From Mobula hypostoma (Eukaryota): a stretch of 64,000 nucleotides of DNA. The position numbers were made by a program, and so were the translations under genes. A model generated the notes under the pieces. That model saw only the letters and a list, made by a program, of their open reading frames with translations, was not told the origin of the DNA and did no database searches. Where the stretch lies: NCBI RefSeq assembly GCF_963921235.1, contig NC_086097.1, positions 194,744,001-194,808,000 on the forward strand. Reading direction: 5' to 3'. The stretch's first letter is position 1, and every line of letters starts with the position of its first letter. This document shows positions 11,203 through 24,140 of the stretch, one piece after another.

Positions 11203-12240
11203 TGATTAAGCCCAAAAATGATAAAAAACTGACATCTATTGGTAGAGGCATCTCTATGATAGCATTGATGTTATCAGGACCTGTGTAACAACCATGCTCA
11301 TCAATGATCAATCTCAGATACTTGATTGAAGACATCCGGAGGCTGCATTTTTCTGCCTGAAATCACAATCCAAAGTCTTGTAATTTGTTTCAGATATGGT
11401 TCATGCATTGGCATAGTTCTGTCTAAACTGTACTGATCACAATGAAATTTTTGAGGTGAACAGCAACACTGTCAATACCACTCAGCATGGTGTCCATCAG
11501 CTGTTGGAAAATGGAAGGAGCTGCCTTTATCCCGAAAGGCAGACAGAGGGAGGACAAAACCCCTCATGTGTTGTAATGGTGAGAAGCTCCTGTGAATTAT
11601 CTGCCACTTCTACCCGGAGGTGGGCTCTAGGTAGATTTCCAATTTCACAAAGCTGTGATCACTATTCAATTTCATGAAAAGATCTGCTGGTTCTGGTAAT
11701 GAGTACTATTGTGTTTTAGAGCTGTATTGAGACCAGCTGAGAAGTCTGCACATAACCTTGCTGTACGATTGGCTTTCTTGATAATAACTATTGGAGCTGC
11801 CCAAGGTGAGTAGTTGATAGCTTGTTGCAGGCTATCTAGCTCTTGATCCATGATTGATAAGGCTACCTATGGTATTAGTCTTTAGTTACAGAAGACTGGC
11901 TTGGCATCTCGATGGAGTTGGAGTTCTGCTTGCAGTTTAGTGCAGCAACCTAAACCATCTAGGAACCCTGCTGCATGATGCATGCCCATTGTTTTTGAAT
12001 GGTTTCACTTACTGATGGTGGTATGGCATCAATTGACAAGATTTGGAAAGCCAATGCCTTTGTACAGACCTCATCCAGAGGGATTCTCCAGAGATCAAGG
12101 TTGACCATCCAGTCAATGCCAAGGACTTACGTATCTGGAGGGTCTGTTGGGTAACACACACCATTGACTTGGTTACCGTTCAGCTTCAACATGCAGTGCA
12201 GTTCATAAATCACCTGGAGAGTTCCACCCACAGCACTGCA
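11203..12240 (-). mobile_element. Old decayed Gypsy pol (RT region), K02A2.6-like; left part of the host element
   Basis: SIKYLRLIIDEHG..PDNINAIIEMPLPIDVSFLSFLGLI; LPFGIKAAPSIFQQLMDTML readable at ~11485-11545. Confidence 0.75.
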
Positions 12241-12631
12241 TGTCATGGTCCCTTCTGGCAATCCCCCATCTTGCTATTTATCACAGGAATTGGGCCACAA
12301 TCACCTCATTTAATTTCCAATCATTCCCAGGTTCCACTAACTACACACACCTGCTTCCCATCAGAAACTGCAGGATAAAGATTTCGTGATCGCAACAAGG
12401 AGCTGCCAGTTTGTTGGTCGACTCGTGTATGAGTAACCTTGTTCCATGGTTCTTAGGACTATCAGATCTAAGTCTAGCATCGTTCCTGAATTCTCTACTA
12501 AAACCAAGACTCCTGGTAAAGACACTCTGGACACCAATTCCACGCTCGCTACGACAGTAACGCTTCCCGACTCGGCCTCCATGCCCCGTGTTCAGCACTT
12601 GGGTTCGTTCCACCGCCACGTCCTTGTAACA
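12241..12631 (+). repeat. 5' LTR
   Basis: TGTCA...TAACA; about 32 differences from the 3' LTR by manual count (~92% identity). Confidence 0.95.
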
Positions 12632-12647
12632 GAACAAACTGGCCACA

Positions 12648-13666
12648 ATGAACCCAGCGGACACGGATCCCGTCAACCGGCACTGGCCAGCCAGGGCTAC
12701 CTATTGGGCACCCACGACTAACTACTTCGGGAGAACGCAGAAAACCTCCGGACACTATCCACAAATGTGCAGGAGGTCAGTGAACAAGTGGACTGGGTCT
12801 CCGCTTCCTTTTCTCCGTCCCCTCCTAGAACCCTGGCTACCCAAACCGTACCGCTCGGGATGGCCTCACCCCTGGAATCAGCAACAGCATCCCCTCGAGA
12901 GCCGTATGTACCCGAGCCTGAACCCTACGCCGGGGACCTAGGTAGGTGCCAGGCCTTCCTGTTACAATGCTCCCTAGTCTTTGAGCTGCAGCCACGTACC
13001 TACACTTACGATAAATCAAACATTGCGAACATCATGGGGCTGCTACGAGGGGATGCTTTGGCTTGGGCAACCGCGTTATGGGATAACCGACCGGAGGTTA
13101 GGTTTGTTCCTCCTACTCCTCCTTTGTCACTGAAATGAGGAAAGTCTTTGAACAATCCATTCGCGGTAAGGACGCCACGAAACGGTTGCTTACTCTTCGT
13201 CAGGCTTTGCGAAGTTTGGCCACATATTCCATTGAGTTCCGGACCTTTGCTGCAGACTCCAGGTTGAATGATGAGGCCCTAGTGGAGGTGTTTCGACAGG
13301 GCCTCTCGGACGAGATAAAGGGACGACACGGACTGACTGGACTCTCTGATCTCGCTAGCCATTCGATTAGATTATCAACTTCAGGAGCATCAGAGAGAGA
13401 GAACCAGTCGCCCCGCTCCTCGGGGAAGCCCACAGTCCACTTTACCAGTCTCAGCCAGCCCCCCTTCCGCAGCTGCTCCCAGTGTGGCTCCTGCTCCGAC
13501 CGTCCCCGCCCCTCTGGGGGAGGAACTGATGCAGCTGGGACGGAACCGTCTCTCCCCGGCCGAACGAATTCAGAGGTGGAGAGCTGGGCATTGCTACTAT
13601 TGTGGCCAGCCAGGACATTTCCGGGATACCTGCCCTCAGCGGCCAAAAGGGAGGGCTCACCAGTGA
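12648..13666 (+). pseudogene. gag: gag (sushi/PEG10-like capsid plus CCHC zinc knuckle), frameshifted
   Basis: [58 protein letters not shown]. Confidence 0.9.
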
Positions 13667-16600
13667 GAAAGGGAGCTCTGGTGAGCCGAATGATACTCCC
13701 TGCAGCACCCCAGACTCGGATGCAGATGCCGGCAACCATAAATTACCAACAACAGTCCCTGTCCCTATCCGCTTTGGTGGATTCCAGTGCTGAGGGCAAT
13801 CTGCTGGATGAAGAGATAGCCACCCAGGCCGGAATACCTCGCGAGCCGCTAACCACCCCCCTAGAGGCCTGAGCCCTGGATGGAAAACTGCTGGCGCCGG
13901 TGACCCACTATACGCCACTCCGACCTTGATCCTATCCAGCAACCATCAGGAGGAGGTACGATTCAGCCTCATTCATTCACCTCAAGTCTTGGTAGTTCTA
14001 GGGCATCCATGGCTGACCCAACACAATCCCCATATCGACTGGTCTATCGGGAGGATAGCCGAATGGAGTCCGTCTTGCCATGCCAACTGTCTGCGGTCAG
14101 CCCCATCCCCCAGAGAGACTACCGCGACCCCGCCTGCTTTGGAACCTCTCGACTTGTCCCATGTCCCCACAGAGTACCATGACTTGGGACAGGTGTTCAG
14201 TAAACAACGGGCCTTTTCCCTGCCTCCGCACCATCCATATGATTGTGCCATCAACCTTCTCCCTGGGGCCCCGCTACCCACCAGTCGCCTTTTTAACCTA
14301 TCCCGACCGGAGAGAAAGGCAATGGAGAAATACATTAGTGAGTCCCTCACAGCGGGCATTATTAGGACTTCATCCTCCCCAGTAGGCACTGGTTTCTTTT
14401 TTGTAGAAAAGAAGGACGGGACTCTTTGCCCTTCTATCAACTACCAAGGCCTAAATAGTATAACAGTTAAGAACAATTACCCCCCCCTACCCCTCATTAG
14501 TTCAGCATTTGAATCACTGTATGCAGTCACCATCCTCTCAAAGCTGGACCTTCGCAACGCCTACCATTTAGTCAAGATGGGGGAGGGGGATGAATGGAAG
14601 ATGGCCTTCAATACACCTCTGGGCCACTTTGAATACTTGGTCATGCCATTTGGGCTCACCAATGCCCCCGCCGTTTTCCAAACCCTGATCAATGACGTAC
14701 TGAGGGACTTTATCAATCGGTTCATATTTGTTTACCTTGACGATATCATGATATTTTCTAGCAACCCCCATGAACACGTACACCATGTCCGTCAAGTCCT
14801 CCAGAGACAGTGGGGAAAACCAGTTACTTGCAAAGGCAGAGAAATGTGAGTTCCACGTTCCTTCTGTCAGCTTCCTAGGCTATATCATTGAAAGCGGGCA
14901 GGTAAAAGCAAACCCCGAGAAGATCCGGGCAGTGGAAGAATGGCCTAGACCCACGACACGCAAACAACTTCAACGATTCCTGGGGTTTGCAAATTTCTAC
15001 CGCAGATTCATCAGAGACTACAGTCGAGTTGCGGGCCCCCTTACCTGGCTTACCTCGCCTACCACACCGTTTTGCTGGGACTCCGAAGCAGACTCAGCAT
15101 TCACCGATCTGAAGAGGCGTTTCGCCACCACTCCCATCCTGGTCCATCCAGACCCATCCCGTCAATTCATCGTTGAGGTGGACACCTCTGACTCCAGGGT
15201 AGAAGCGGTCCTATCCCAACGGTCAAGTTCGGACGAAAAGCTTCTCCCCTGCGCCTTCTACTCTCGCCGACTGTCCCCCGCCGAGCGGAATTACGACCTG
15301 GGGAATCAGGAACTGCTGGCGGTCAAACTAGCACTGAAAGAATAGAGGCAGTGGTTGGAGGGGGCAGAACACCCGTTTGTGGTGTGGACTGATCATAAGA
15401 ACCTGGGGTATATTCAGACTGCCAAACGATTGAACTCCCACCAGGTCCCTTGGGCATTGTTTTTTGGTTGGTTCAAGTTTACCCTCACGTACCGTCCAGG
15501 ATCCAAGAACGGGAAGCCGGATGTGCTATTCTGCCAGCATGACTCCAAGGATGACACCACCAGTCCCGAGACTATCTTCCCACCATCCTGCGTGATTGCC
15601 ACCCTCACTTGAGAGATCGAGTCTAAAGTAAAGGAAGCCCAGTGGGACGACCCTGACCCCGGAAATGGACCCAGCGATCGCCTGTACATGCCCGTCTCCG
15701 TCAGGTCTCAGGTTCTCCAATGGGGGCACACATTCCGGTTCACCTGCCACCCCGGGAATGATCGGGCCCTGGTTCTCCTGAGAAAGCATTTTTGGTGGCC
15801 ATCCATGGAGGGGGACACCCGTTCTTATGCCTTGGCTTGTTCCATCTGTGCCCGGGGAAAGGTCTCTCATTGACCTCCTGCGGGACTACTTCATCCTCTA
15901 CCTGTCCCTGGTCACCCCTGGTCACACGTCACCCTAGACTTTGTCACTGGTCTACCCCCTTCCCGCGGAAACACCACTGTCCTCACCGCGGTAGACCGAT
16001 TCTCCAAGGCGGTGCACTTTGTGCCCCTCCCTAAAATCCCTTCCTCTGAAGGAACCACAGATCTTCTCGTCCGCCACATCTTCCGCCTCCACGGAATCCC
16101 CGCGGACATCATCTCCGATCAAGGTCCCCAATTCATCTCGCAGGTATGGAAGGCCTGCTGTCAAGCTTTAGGTGCATCAGTCAGCCTGTTATCCGACTTC
16201 CTCCCCCAGACGAACGGGCAGACGGAACAGGTCAACCAAGACCTGGAGGTGACGCTACGTTGTGTAATGGCAAACAACTTGTTGACCTGGAGCAACCACC
16301 TCCTGTGGGTTGAGTATGCCTACAACTCTCTGGTGAGCTCTCCGTTCAAGTGCTCCCTTGGGTACCGACCCCTGCTGTTCCCCATGCAAGAAGAGGAGAT
16401 TGCGGTACAGATGGTTCAGGACCATATCGATCGGTACCTTAAGATTTGGGAGGAGACACACACGGCCCTACTCAGATCAACAAAACAAAATAAGAAGACA
16501 ACCGACTGACACCAGACTCCGGCGCTGGAGTACTGACCTGGGCTGATGGTGTGGCTTTCCTCCAAGGATATCCCGCTCAAAAACGAACATAGGAAACTCG

Positions 16601-16983
16601 CTCCTCGCTTTCTGGGACCATTCAAGGTTGACAGGGTTATCAATTCCACAGCAGTCCCCCTAAAGCTGCCAAGATCCATGTGCATCCACCCAACATTTCG
16701 TGTGTCTCAGTTAAAGCCAGTTTCCGTCAGCCCCTTGTGTCCCCTGGCCGAGACTCCCCCACCTGCCCGTATCAATGACAACCATCCCGCATACACCGTC
16801 CAACGACTACTAGATGTGTGCCGTCAGGGCAGGGGTTTCCAATATCTGATGGACTGGGAAGGGTACAGTCCAGAAAAGTGTTCCTGGGTCCCCCACTCCT
16901 TCATCCTAGACCCTTCCCTCATCCAGGACTTTCATTGGGACCATCCAGAATGGCCTGGAGGATCGCCTGGAGGCTCCCGTTGA
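13640..16983 (+). pseudogene. pol: pol (protease, RT, RNase H, integrase, chromodomain) with several stops and frameshifts
   Basis: [72 protein letters not shown] chromodomain. Confidence 0.92.
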
Positions 16984-16993
16984 GGGGGTGTAC

Positions 16994-17376
16994 TGTCATG
17001 GTCCCTTCTGGCAATCCCCCACCTTGCTACTTACCACAGGAATTGTGCCTCAATCACCTCATTTAATTCCCAATCATTCCCAGGTTCCACTAACTACACA
17101 CACCTACTTCCCATCAGAAACTGCAGGATAAAGACCCTGTGATCACAACAAGGAGCTGTCAGTTCGTTGGTCAACTCATGTATGAGTAACCTTGTTCCTT
17201 AGGACTATCAGTTCTAAGTCTAGCATCGTTCCTGAATTCTCTACTAAAACCAAGACTCCTGGTAAAGACTCTCTTGGACAACAATTCCACGCTTGCTATG
17301 ACTGTAATGCCTCCCGACTCGGCCTCCGCGCCCGTGTTCAGCACTTGGTTCATTCCACCGCCACGTCCTTGTAATA
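16994..17376 (+). repeat. 3' LTR
   Basis: Direct repeat of 12241-12631; terminal CA mutated to TA. Confidence 0.95.
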
Positions 17377-17381
17377 CTGCA

Positions 17382-18350
17382 GGCAGAATGATGAGTTGAT
17401 TTGACTGGTGGGGACCCAAGTACATGCTTTCAAAGATAATGGTGATGTCTGACGCTGTATTGGGTTGTAGCTTTCAGATATATCAACTATTAACTGATAG
17501 TTGATAAATACTTTGCTATATGGTCTCCTGGGGGCTAAGATGACTTTGAACATGACCACTAAACTCCTTTTAGAGTTTGATGACTTTTGAAAATTCTTGT
17601 CCTTGTGTTTCACTGGCCTAGAAGATAGTGAGGGATGGCAAAATCCTTCTTTGTGACCACACCATTGGCACTTGCTGCAAACATGTTTCCTGTATTAGCA
17701 GTTTCTTGGGTAATGTCAAGCACCACAGTTCCAACAAGCTATGCTGAGTCATATCGGGGTCTTACTTCCATCCGGCCAGGAGCTGTTTGTGAATGTTTGC
17801 ATCACTAGACGCCTGAGGTCCACAATAAAAATCGGACACTTGAACTGCGATTTGGTCAAATCTTTATCTTTTCACAATCGCGAATGATGACACTGGCATA
17901 TGTGAAGAAGTCATCAGCATTGCATTTAAGTTTTAAGCAGTGGCAGCAATCACTGAAGAGAGATGACTGCTCTCCATAAATGCTTGATAGCTGTTGGACA
18001 ATTTTGTCAAACGATACATTACAGGGGTTCTTAGGCAGAATGAAGTTGAAATAGTGCTCATTTTCAGCAGTACCCAATTTTCAGAACAAAGTGCTTGTCT
18101 TTTCTGGGTGAACTCGATTGAAAATATACCTTCATAATGTTTGAACATGATTCAAACTTAACTCCCAAAGCAGCATCGAACTGGAAGTTGGTAATGGCCA
18201 AAACCCTTCCTCAGGTCTGGAAAGGAAGGGAGAATTTGGCACAAATGTTAGGTACGAAAAAGTACACCAGTTCCCCAAACCTGCAAGTTCCTTTTCACTA
18301 TCACCTTGAGATGCATGTCAAAATTTCAAATTCTTTCCAACAGACTGAAG
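17382..18350 (-). mobile_element. Old decayed Gypsy gag region (K02A2.6-like); right part of the host element
   Basis: FKHYEGIF, GTAENEHYFNFILPKNP..YGEQSSLF; degenerate zinc knuckles CWNCGA*H and CSKC..GHKEGFC at ~17635-17740. Confidence 0.7.
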
Positions 18351-19744
18351 AATAATTCCTTATTGCCCATTCATAGAATCACAATCAGTTTATGTCTATG
18401 AATCAGTCTTTAGTCTTGTGGGTATGGTAAAATTACCAGACTGTGAGCTGAGCTTTTATCCAAAACATGAGATGATCCCCCTATAAAAGATGGGGATATT
18501 AAACTTATATACTTGAATTATAAACAATAGAGGTGATATTAGAAAGAAAAAAAATACAGTCAAAATATATCAGCCATGAAACAACTGGATTGTTGTAATC
18601 GATCTGGTTCAATGGAGTCATCCTTTTTCAGTCTGGCCTTAATATAATTTTAAACAGGTAAATATGGTTGACTCATTGCTGTCTCCTCAGGAGCAATTAG
18701 AGATGACCAATAAATGTTGACATCACCAGCGACATGCACATCCTGTGAATGAATAAATTATTACAAAGAAAGACGTATGGACAAGAAAACCTATTAGTTC
18801 CCACAACTGATAATTTAATTCTGTGACAAAAGAATTGAGAGAAACTAGGACACAGAACAAACTCTGGTTAGGGATCTTCAATAGTGCAGTCTTTGCTTCT
18901 TAATTCCAAGAAGACTTCCTGCATCTTTTTTGTCACAATTTGTTTAACTTCTGTAGCCTCATGCAACACATTCAGCCTCCTTCCAAGCAGCCATGCTAGG
19001 AGGAACCACAATTACAGTTAAGGTGGTAAATATTTGTATTTTTGACTTGATTACTATAAGATGTGCTCAACAATAATTTTTTTTAATTTAAGGTCATCAC
19101 CACATTAATCTCTTTTAGATTTTGTTGGAAACCTTCAGTAATTTGAATTAAAATCTCTCACTTGCAAGGTGGCATCGACAGTACAAGTGGCAGTGCATTA
19201 TTTTTAAAATTACCATAATCAAAACCATTATTTAAATTGAATGACACAAAACACTGCTATAATTATGTAAATTTCACTCTGCTTTCTGGAGACACAAAGA
19301 AACACAAGGGATAAATATTAATTCACAGCCTAGCACTTATGCATGTTATTAAACTGAGGTTTACAAATGATCCGTGATACAAAATTTAAGCCAGTAATAT
19401 TGAATCTCCATAAATGGATTAAATTGTTGACTTAATTGGAGTGGTGAGGGGATGAGTTGAGTAAGAGATATGAATGGCTCCTTAAACAGACTAATCAAGG
19501 ATTTCAAAATAGTGCACCATTTGGGGAAATCCCCTGGAGGTTTTAGAATCAATATTTGTCATCTAATTATAAATTAAAATAATGATTTCTGGAATTTCTT
19601 TTGACTGTTGAAAGAGAAAGATTGATGATATCAATCATCAGTCTGTAGTGAAAAGGAAGACAGGAGAAACAGATTGATCCTTTATGAAAAAGTCACTATA
19701 GAAGAATATATTAAAGTATGTTACGCCAAGACATTTGCTCTAAT

Positions 19745-20318
19745 AACATAGTTTATATGGTGTCTCTTGTTAGTGTTTCTTGTCACCTCCTGTACTTAAA
19801 ATAGAGGCCAGTGAGCGTGTGTTCATGGTTATCTGCTGCTGTAGCCCAGCCTCTTCAAGGTACACTGAGAGATGCTCTTCTGCACACCACTGTTGTAACG
19901 CATGGTTATTTGAGTTACTGTCACCTTCCTGTCAACTTGAACCAGTCTGGCCATTCTCCTCTGACATCTCTCATTAACAAGCAGTTTTCACCCACAGAAC
20001 TGCTGCTCCCTGGATGTTTTTTTTTGGGGTTTTTTTTTACACCATTCTCTGTGAATTCTAGAAACTGCTGTGCATGAAAATTCCAGGAGATCTGCAGTTT
20101 CTGAGATACTGTGTGGCACTAACAATCATTCCACAGTGAAAGTCACTTAGATCACATTTCTTCCCCATTCTGGTATTTAGTCTGAACAACAACTGAGCCT
20201 CTTGACCACGGCAGTACAGTTTGATGCATTCAGTTACTGCCACGTGATTGGCTGTTTAGATATTTGCATTAATGAGTAGGTGTACGGGTGTGCCTAATAA
20301 AGAAGCCACAGAGTGTAC
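19745..20318 (-). mobile_element. Tc1/mariner non-autonomous remnant
   Basis: MGKKCDLSDFHCGMIVSA resembles a Tc1 transposase N-terminus; TIR-like cctaataaagaagccacagagtgta at the right end. Confidence 0.6.
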
Positions 20319-20474
20319 ATGTTATACAAGAAGCAAGCAGGTCATCATTAAGCTAACTTCTGTTTCTTTAGAATTTTTTTTACAAACCTCCTGGAAATCC
20401 TGGTAGGTAGTCAGAAATTAAAAGTGGAGATTCAATATAAAACATATAATTTTAATAAAATATGCATATGATTA

Positions 20475-21532
20475 ATGCACAGAAAGTGTTGGAGGAACTC
20501 AGCTGGTCAGGTCCATGCTTCAGGCTGAGACCCTTCTTGATTAGGACTGGAAAGACAGAGGGGCTGAAGTCAGAATAGAAAGGTTGGGGGTGTGTGGGAC
20601 GAGCATGAGCTGGAGGGTGATAAGTGGATCCAGGTGAGAAGGGAAAGATGCATAGGTTGGGTGGGGAAATGGGAATAATGCGAAGAGCTGGGAGGTGATG
20701 GGTAGAAGAGGCGAAGTGCTCAAAAAGGTGAAATTCCTGATAGGAGAAAACTGTAGACCATGGAATAAAGGGAATTTATTTGGTGGAAAGGTGGACTTTG
20801 ATAGCAAAGTTGAGAAAATTGACAAGCACTGGATGGGTGTAGGAAGCAGTAGCAATATATTTGTCAGTGTAGCAGAGAAAGAGTTGGGGGCATTACCGGT
20901 GTAGGTTTCAATAATGGATTATGTTCCAAAAAGACAGGTATAGACTTCAAATTCGCTTGGTCTTTCTTCTACATCACTCTCCTCTTTCTTGATCTGTCTG
21001 TCAACATCTCCAGAAACAGATTATCTACCAATGTCTTTTACAAACTCACTCGCTGGCTCAATTACTTAACCTACAATGCTTCCCACCCTATCTCTTTTCC
21101 CCCTCGCAGTACTTCCATCTCTGCTGCATCAGTTTTCATGGTGGAACTATCCATTCCAGGATATCTGAGATGTCTTCGTTTGTCAGAAAATGGGGTTCCC
21201 CTCCACTGCTATCAATGCAGCCCTTACCTGTGTCTCCTCCAATTCTGCTCGCCTGCACTCACTCCATCACCTCCTGACATTACAGGGATAGCATTTTCTT
21301 CGTCCCTCCACTCAATGAGCTACCATATCCAACATACCGTTCTCCATATGCTCTGTCATCACCATCACCTTCCACTCTCCTCCCTCCTTCACTGTCCACA
21401 GGGATGACTCTCTCCATGACTCCCTTGTCCACTCCAGGCACTTACCCCTGCAACTACCCCTACACTTCCTACTTCAACACTATTCATGGCCCTAAACAGG
21501 CCTTCCAGGTAAGACAGCATTTCACAAGTGAA
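20475..21532. mobile_element. Decayed, rearranged Penelope-like element; minus 20475-20940, plus 20945-21532, continuing at ~29485-29590
   Basis: Terminus homologous to 44520-44760; RT-like FKFAWS..FLDLSV..STNVFYK; ends FQVRQHFTSE, and GIY-YIG sequence resumes after the CR1. Confidence 0.65.
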
Positions 21533-23839
21533 ATTAGAATATAGAATAGTACAGCACAGTACAGGCCCTTCAGCCCACAATGCTGCGCCGACCATCAAAC
21601 CCTGCCTCCCATCTAAGCCCCCACCTTAAATTCCTCCATATATCTGTCTAGTAGTCTCTTAAACTTCACTAGTGTATCTGTCTCCACCACTGACTCAGGC
21701 AGTGCATTCCATGCACCAACCACTCTCTGAGTAAGAAACCTTCCTCTAATATCCCCCTTGAACTTCCCACCCCTTACCGTAAAGCCAAATCCTCTTGTAT
21801 TGAGCAGTGGTGCCCTGGGGAAGAGGCACTGGCTATCCACTCTATCTATTCCTCTTATTATCTTGTACACCTCTATCATGTCTTCTCATCCTCCTTCTCT
21901 CCAGAGAGTAAAGCCCTAGCTCCCTTAATCTCTGATCATAATGCATACTCTCTAAACCAGGCAGCATCCTGGTATATCTCCTCTGTACCCTTTCCAATGC
22001 TTCCACATCCTTCCACATCCTTCCTATAGTGAGGCGACCAGAACTGGACACAGTACTCCAAGTGTGGCCTAACCAGAGCTTTATAGAGCTACATCGCGAC
22101 TCTTAAACTCTGTCCCTTGACTTATGAAAACTAACACCCCATAAGCTTTCTTAACTACCCTATCCACCTGTGAGGCAACTTTCAGGGATCTGTGGACATT
22201 AACCCCCAGATCCCTCTGCTCCTCCACACTACGAAGTATCCTGCCATTTACTTTGTACTCTGCCTTGGAGTTTGTCCTTCCAAAGTGTACCACCTCACAC
22301 TTCTCCGGGTTGAACTCCATCTGCCACTTCTCAGCCCACTATTGCATCCTATCAATGTCTCTCTGCAATCTTTGACAATTCTCTACACTATCTACAACAC
22401 CACCAACCTTCATGTCATCTGCAAACTTGCCAACCCACCCTTCTACCCCCACATCCAGGTCGTTAATAAAAATCATGAAAAGTAGAGGTCCCGGAACAGA
22501 TCCTTGTGGAACACCACTAGTCACAATCCTCCAATCTGAATGTACTCCCTCCACCACAGCCCTCTGCCTTCTGCAGGCAAGCCAATTCTGAATCCACCTG
22601 GCCAAACTTCCCTGGATCCCATGCCTTCTGACTTTCTGAATAAGCCTACCACGCGGAATCTTGTCAAATGCCTTAGTAAAATCCATATAGATTACATCCA
22701 CTGCACTACCCTCATCTATATGCCTGGTCACCTCCTCAAAGAACTCTATCAGGCTTGTTAGACACGATCTGCCCTTCACAAAGCCATTCTGACTGTCCCT
22801 GATCAGACCATGATTCTCTAAATGCCCAGAGATCCTATCTCTAAGAATCTTTTCCAACAGCTTTCCCACCACAGGCATAAGGCTCACTGGTCTATAATTA
22901 CCTGGATTACCCCTACTACCTTTTTTGAACAAGGGGACAACATCTGCCTCCCTCCAATCCTCCGGTACCATTCCCGTGGACAACAAGGACAAAAAGATCC
23001 TAGCCAGAGGCTCAGCAATCTCTTCCCTCGCCTCGTAGAGCAGCCTGGGGAATATTCCGTCAGCCCCAGGGACTTATCTGTCCTAATGTATTTTAACAAC
23101 TCCAACACCTCCTCTCCCTTAATATCAAAATGCTCCAGAACATCAACCTCACTCATATTATCCTCACCATCATCAAGTTCCCTCTCATTGGTGAATATCG
23201 AAGAGAAGTATTCATTGAGGACCCCTCACTTCCACAGCCTCCAGGCACATCTTCCCACCTTTATCTCTAATCAGTCCTACCTTCAGTCCTGTTATCCTTT
23301 TTTTCTTCACATAATTGAAGAATGCCTTGGGATTTTCCTTTACCCTACTCGCCAAGGCCTTCTCATGCCCCCTTCTTGCTTTTCTCAGCCCCTTCTTAAG
23401 CTCCTTTCTTGCTTCCCTATGTTCCGCAATAGACCCATCTGATCCTTGCTTCCTAAACCTCATGTATGCTGCCTTCTTCCACCTGACTAGGTTTTCCACC
23501 TCAGTTGTCACCCATGGTTCCTTCACCCTACCATTCTTTATCTTCCTCACCGAGACAAATTTATCCCTAACATCCTGCAAGAGATCTCTAAACATCGACC
23601 ACATGTCCATAGTACATTTCCCTGCAAAAACATCATCCCAATTCACACCCGCAAGTTCTAGCCTTATAGCCTCATAATTTGCCCTTCCCCAATTAAAAAT
23701 TTTCCTGTTCTCTCTGATTCTATCCTTTTCCATGATAATGCTAAAGGCCAGGGAGTGGTGGTCACTGTCCCCCAAATGCTCACCCACTGAGAGATCTGTG
23801 ACCTGACCCGGTTCATTACCTAGTACTAGATCTAGTATG

Positions 23840-24068
23840 TGAAGCACCTTCAATTACTCCAAAAGACTGAGGTTTGGTAAAATACTGAAAGGCTTTTATT
23901 CAGTGTACAATACGACCTCCACAGTGAGTGTCTGCCCCCGGACTGAGGGGGAGGGGCAAGACGAACACCTTTATACAGGACTCTGTGGGAGGAGCCACAG
24001 GGGCAGTCAGCAGAGGGGTGTGTCCAGACAGGTAACCGAGTTACAACATATATACATGGTTTACCACA
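23840..24068 (-). repeat. 3' LTR
   Basis: TGTGG...CTTCA on minus; repeat of 28108-28337. Confidence 0.95.
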
Positions 24069-24140
24069 TTCACCCCTCCTTTTTTTTAAAAAAAGAGTCC
24101 TGCGGGGTGAAGTGACTGACAATATTTACAAGAAGTATAT

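Larger units (their letters stand above)
12241..17376 (+). mobile_element. Full-length chromoviral Gypsy LTR retrotransposon (Tf1/sushi type), inactivated
   Basis: LTRs 12241-12631 and 16994-17376; TSD CTGCA at 12236-12240 and 17377-17381; polypurine tract gagggggtgtac before the 3' LTR; order gag, PR, RT, RH, IN, chromodomain. Confidence 0.95.

Noticed and set aside
12648..13666. Domesticated PEG10/RTL-like gene
   Set aside because: Frameshifted and enclosed by LTRs with a TSD; an ordinary dead retrotransposon
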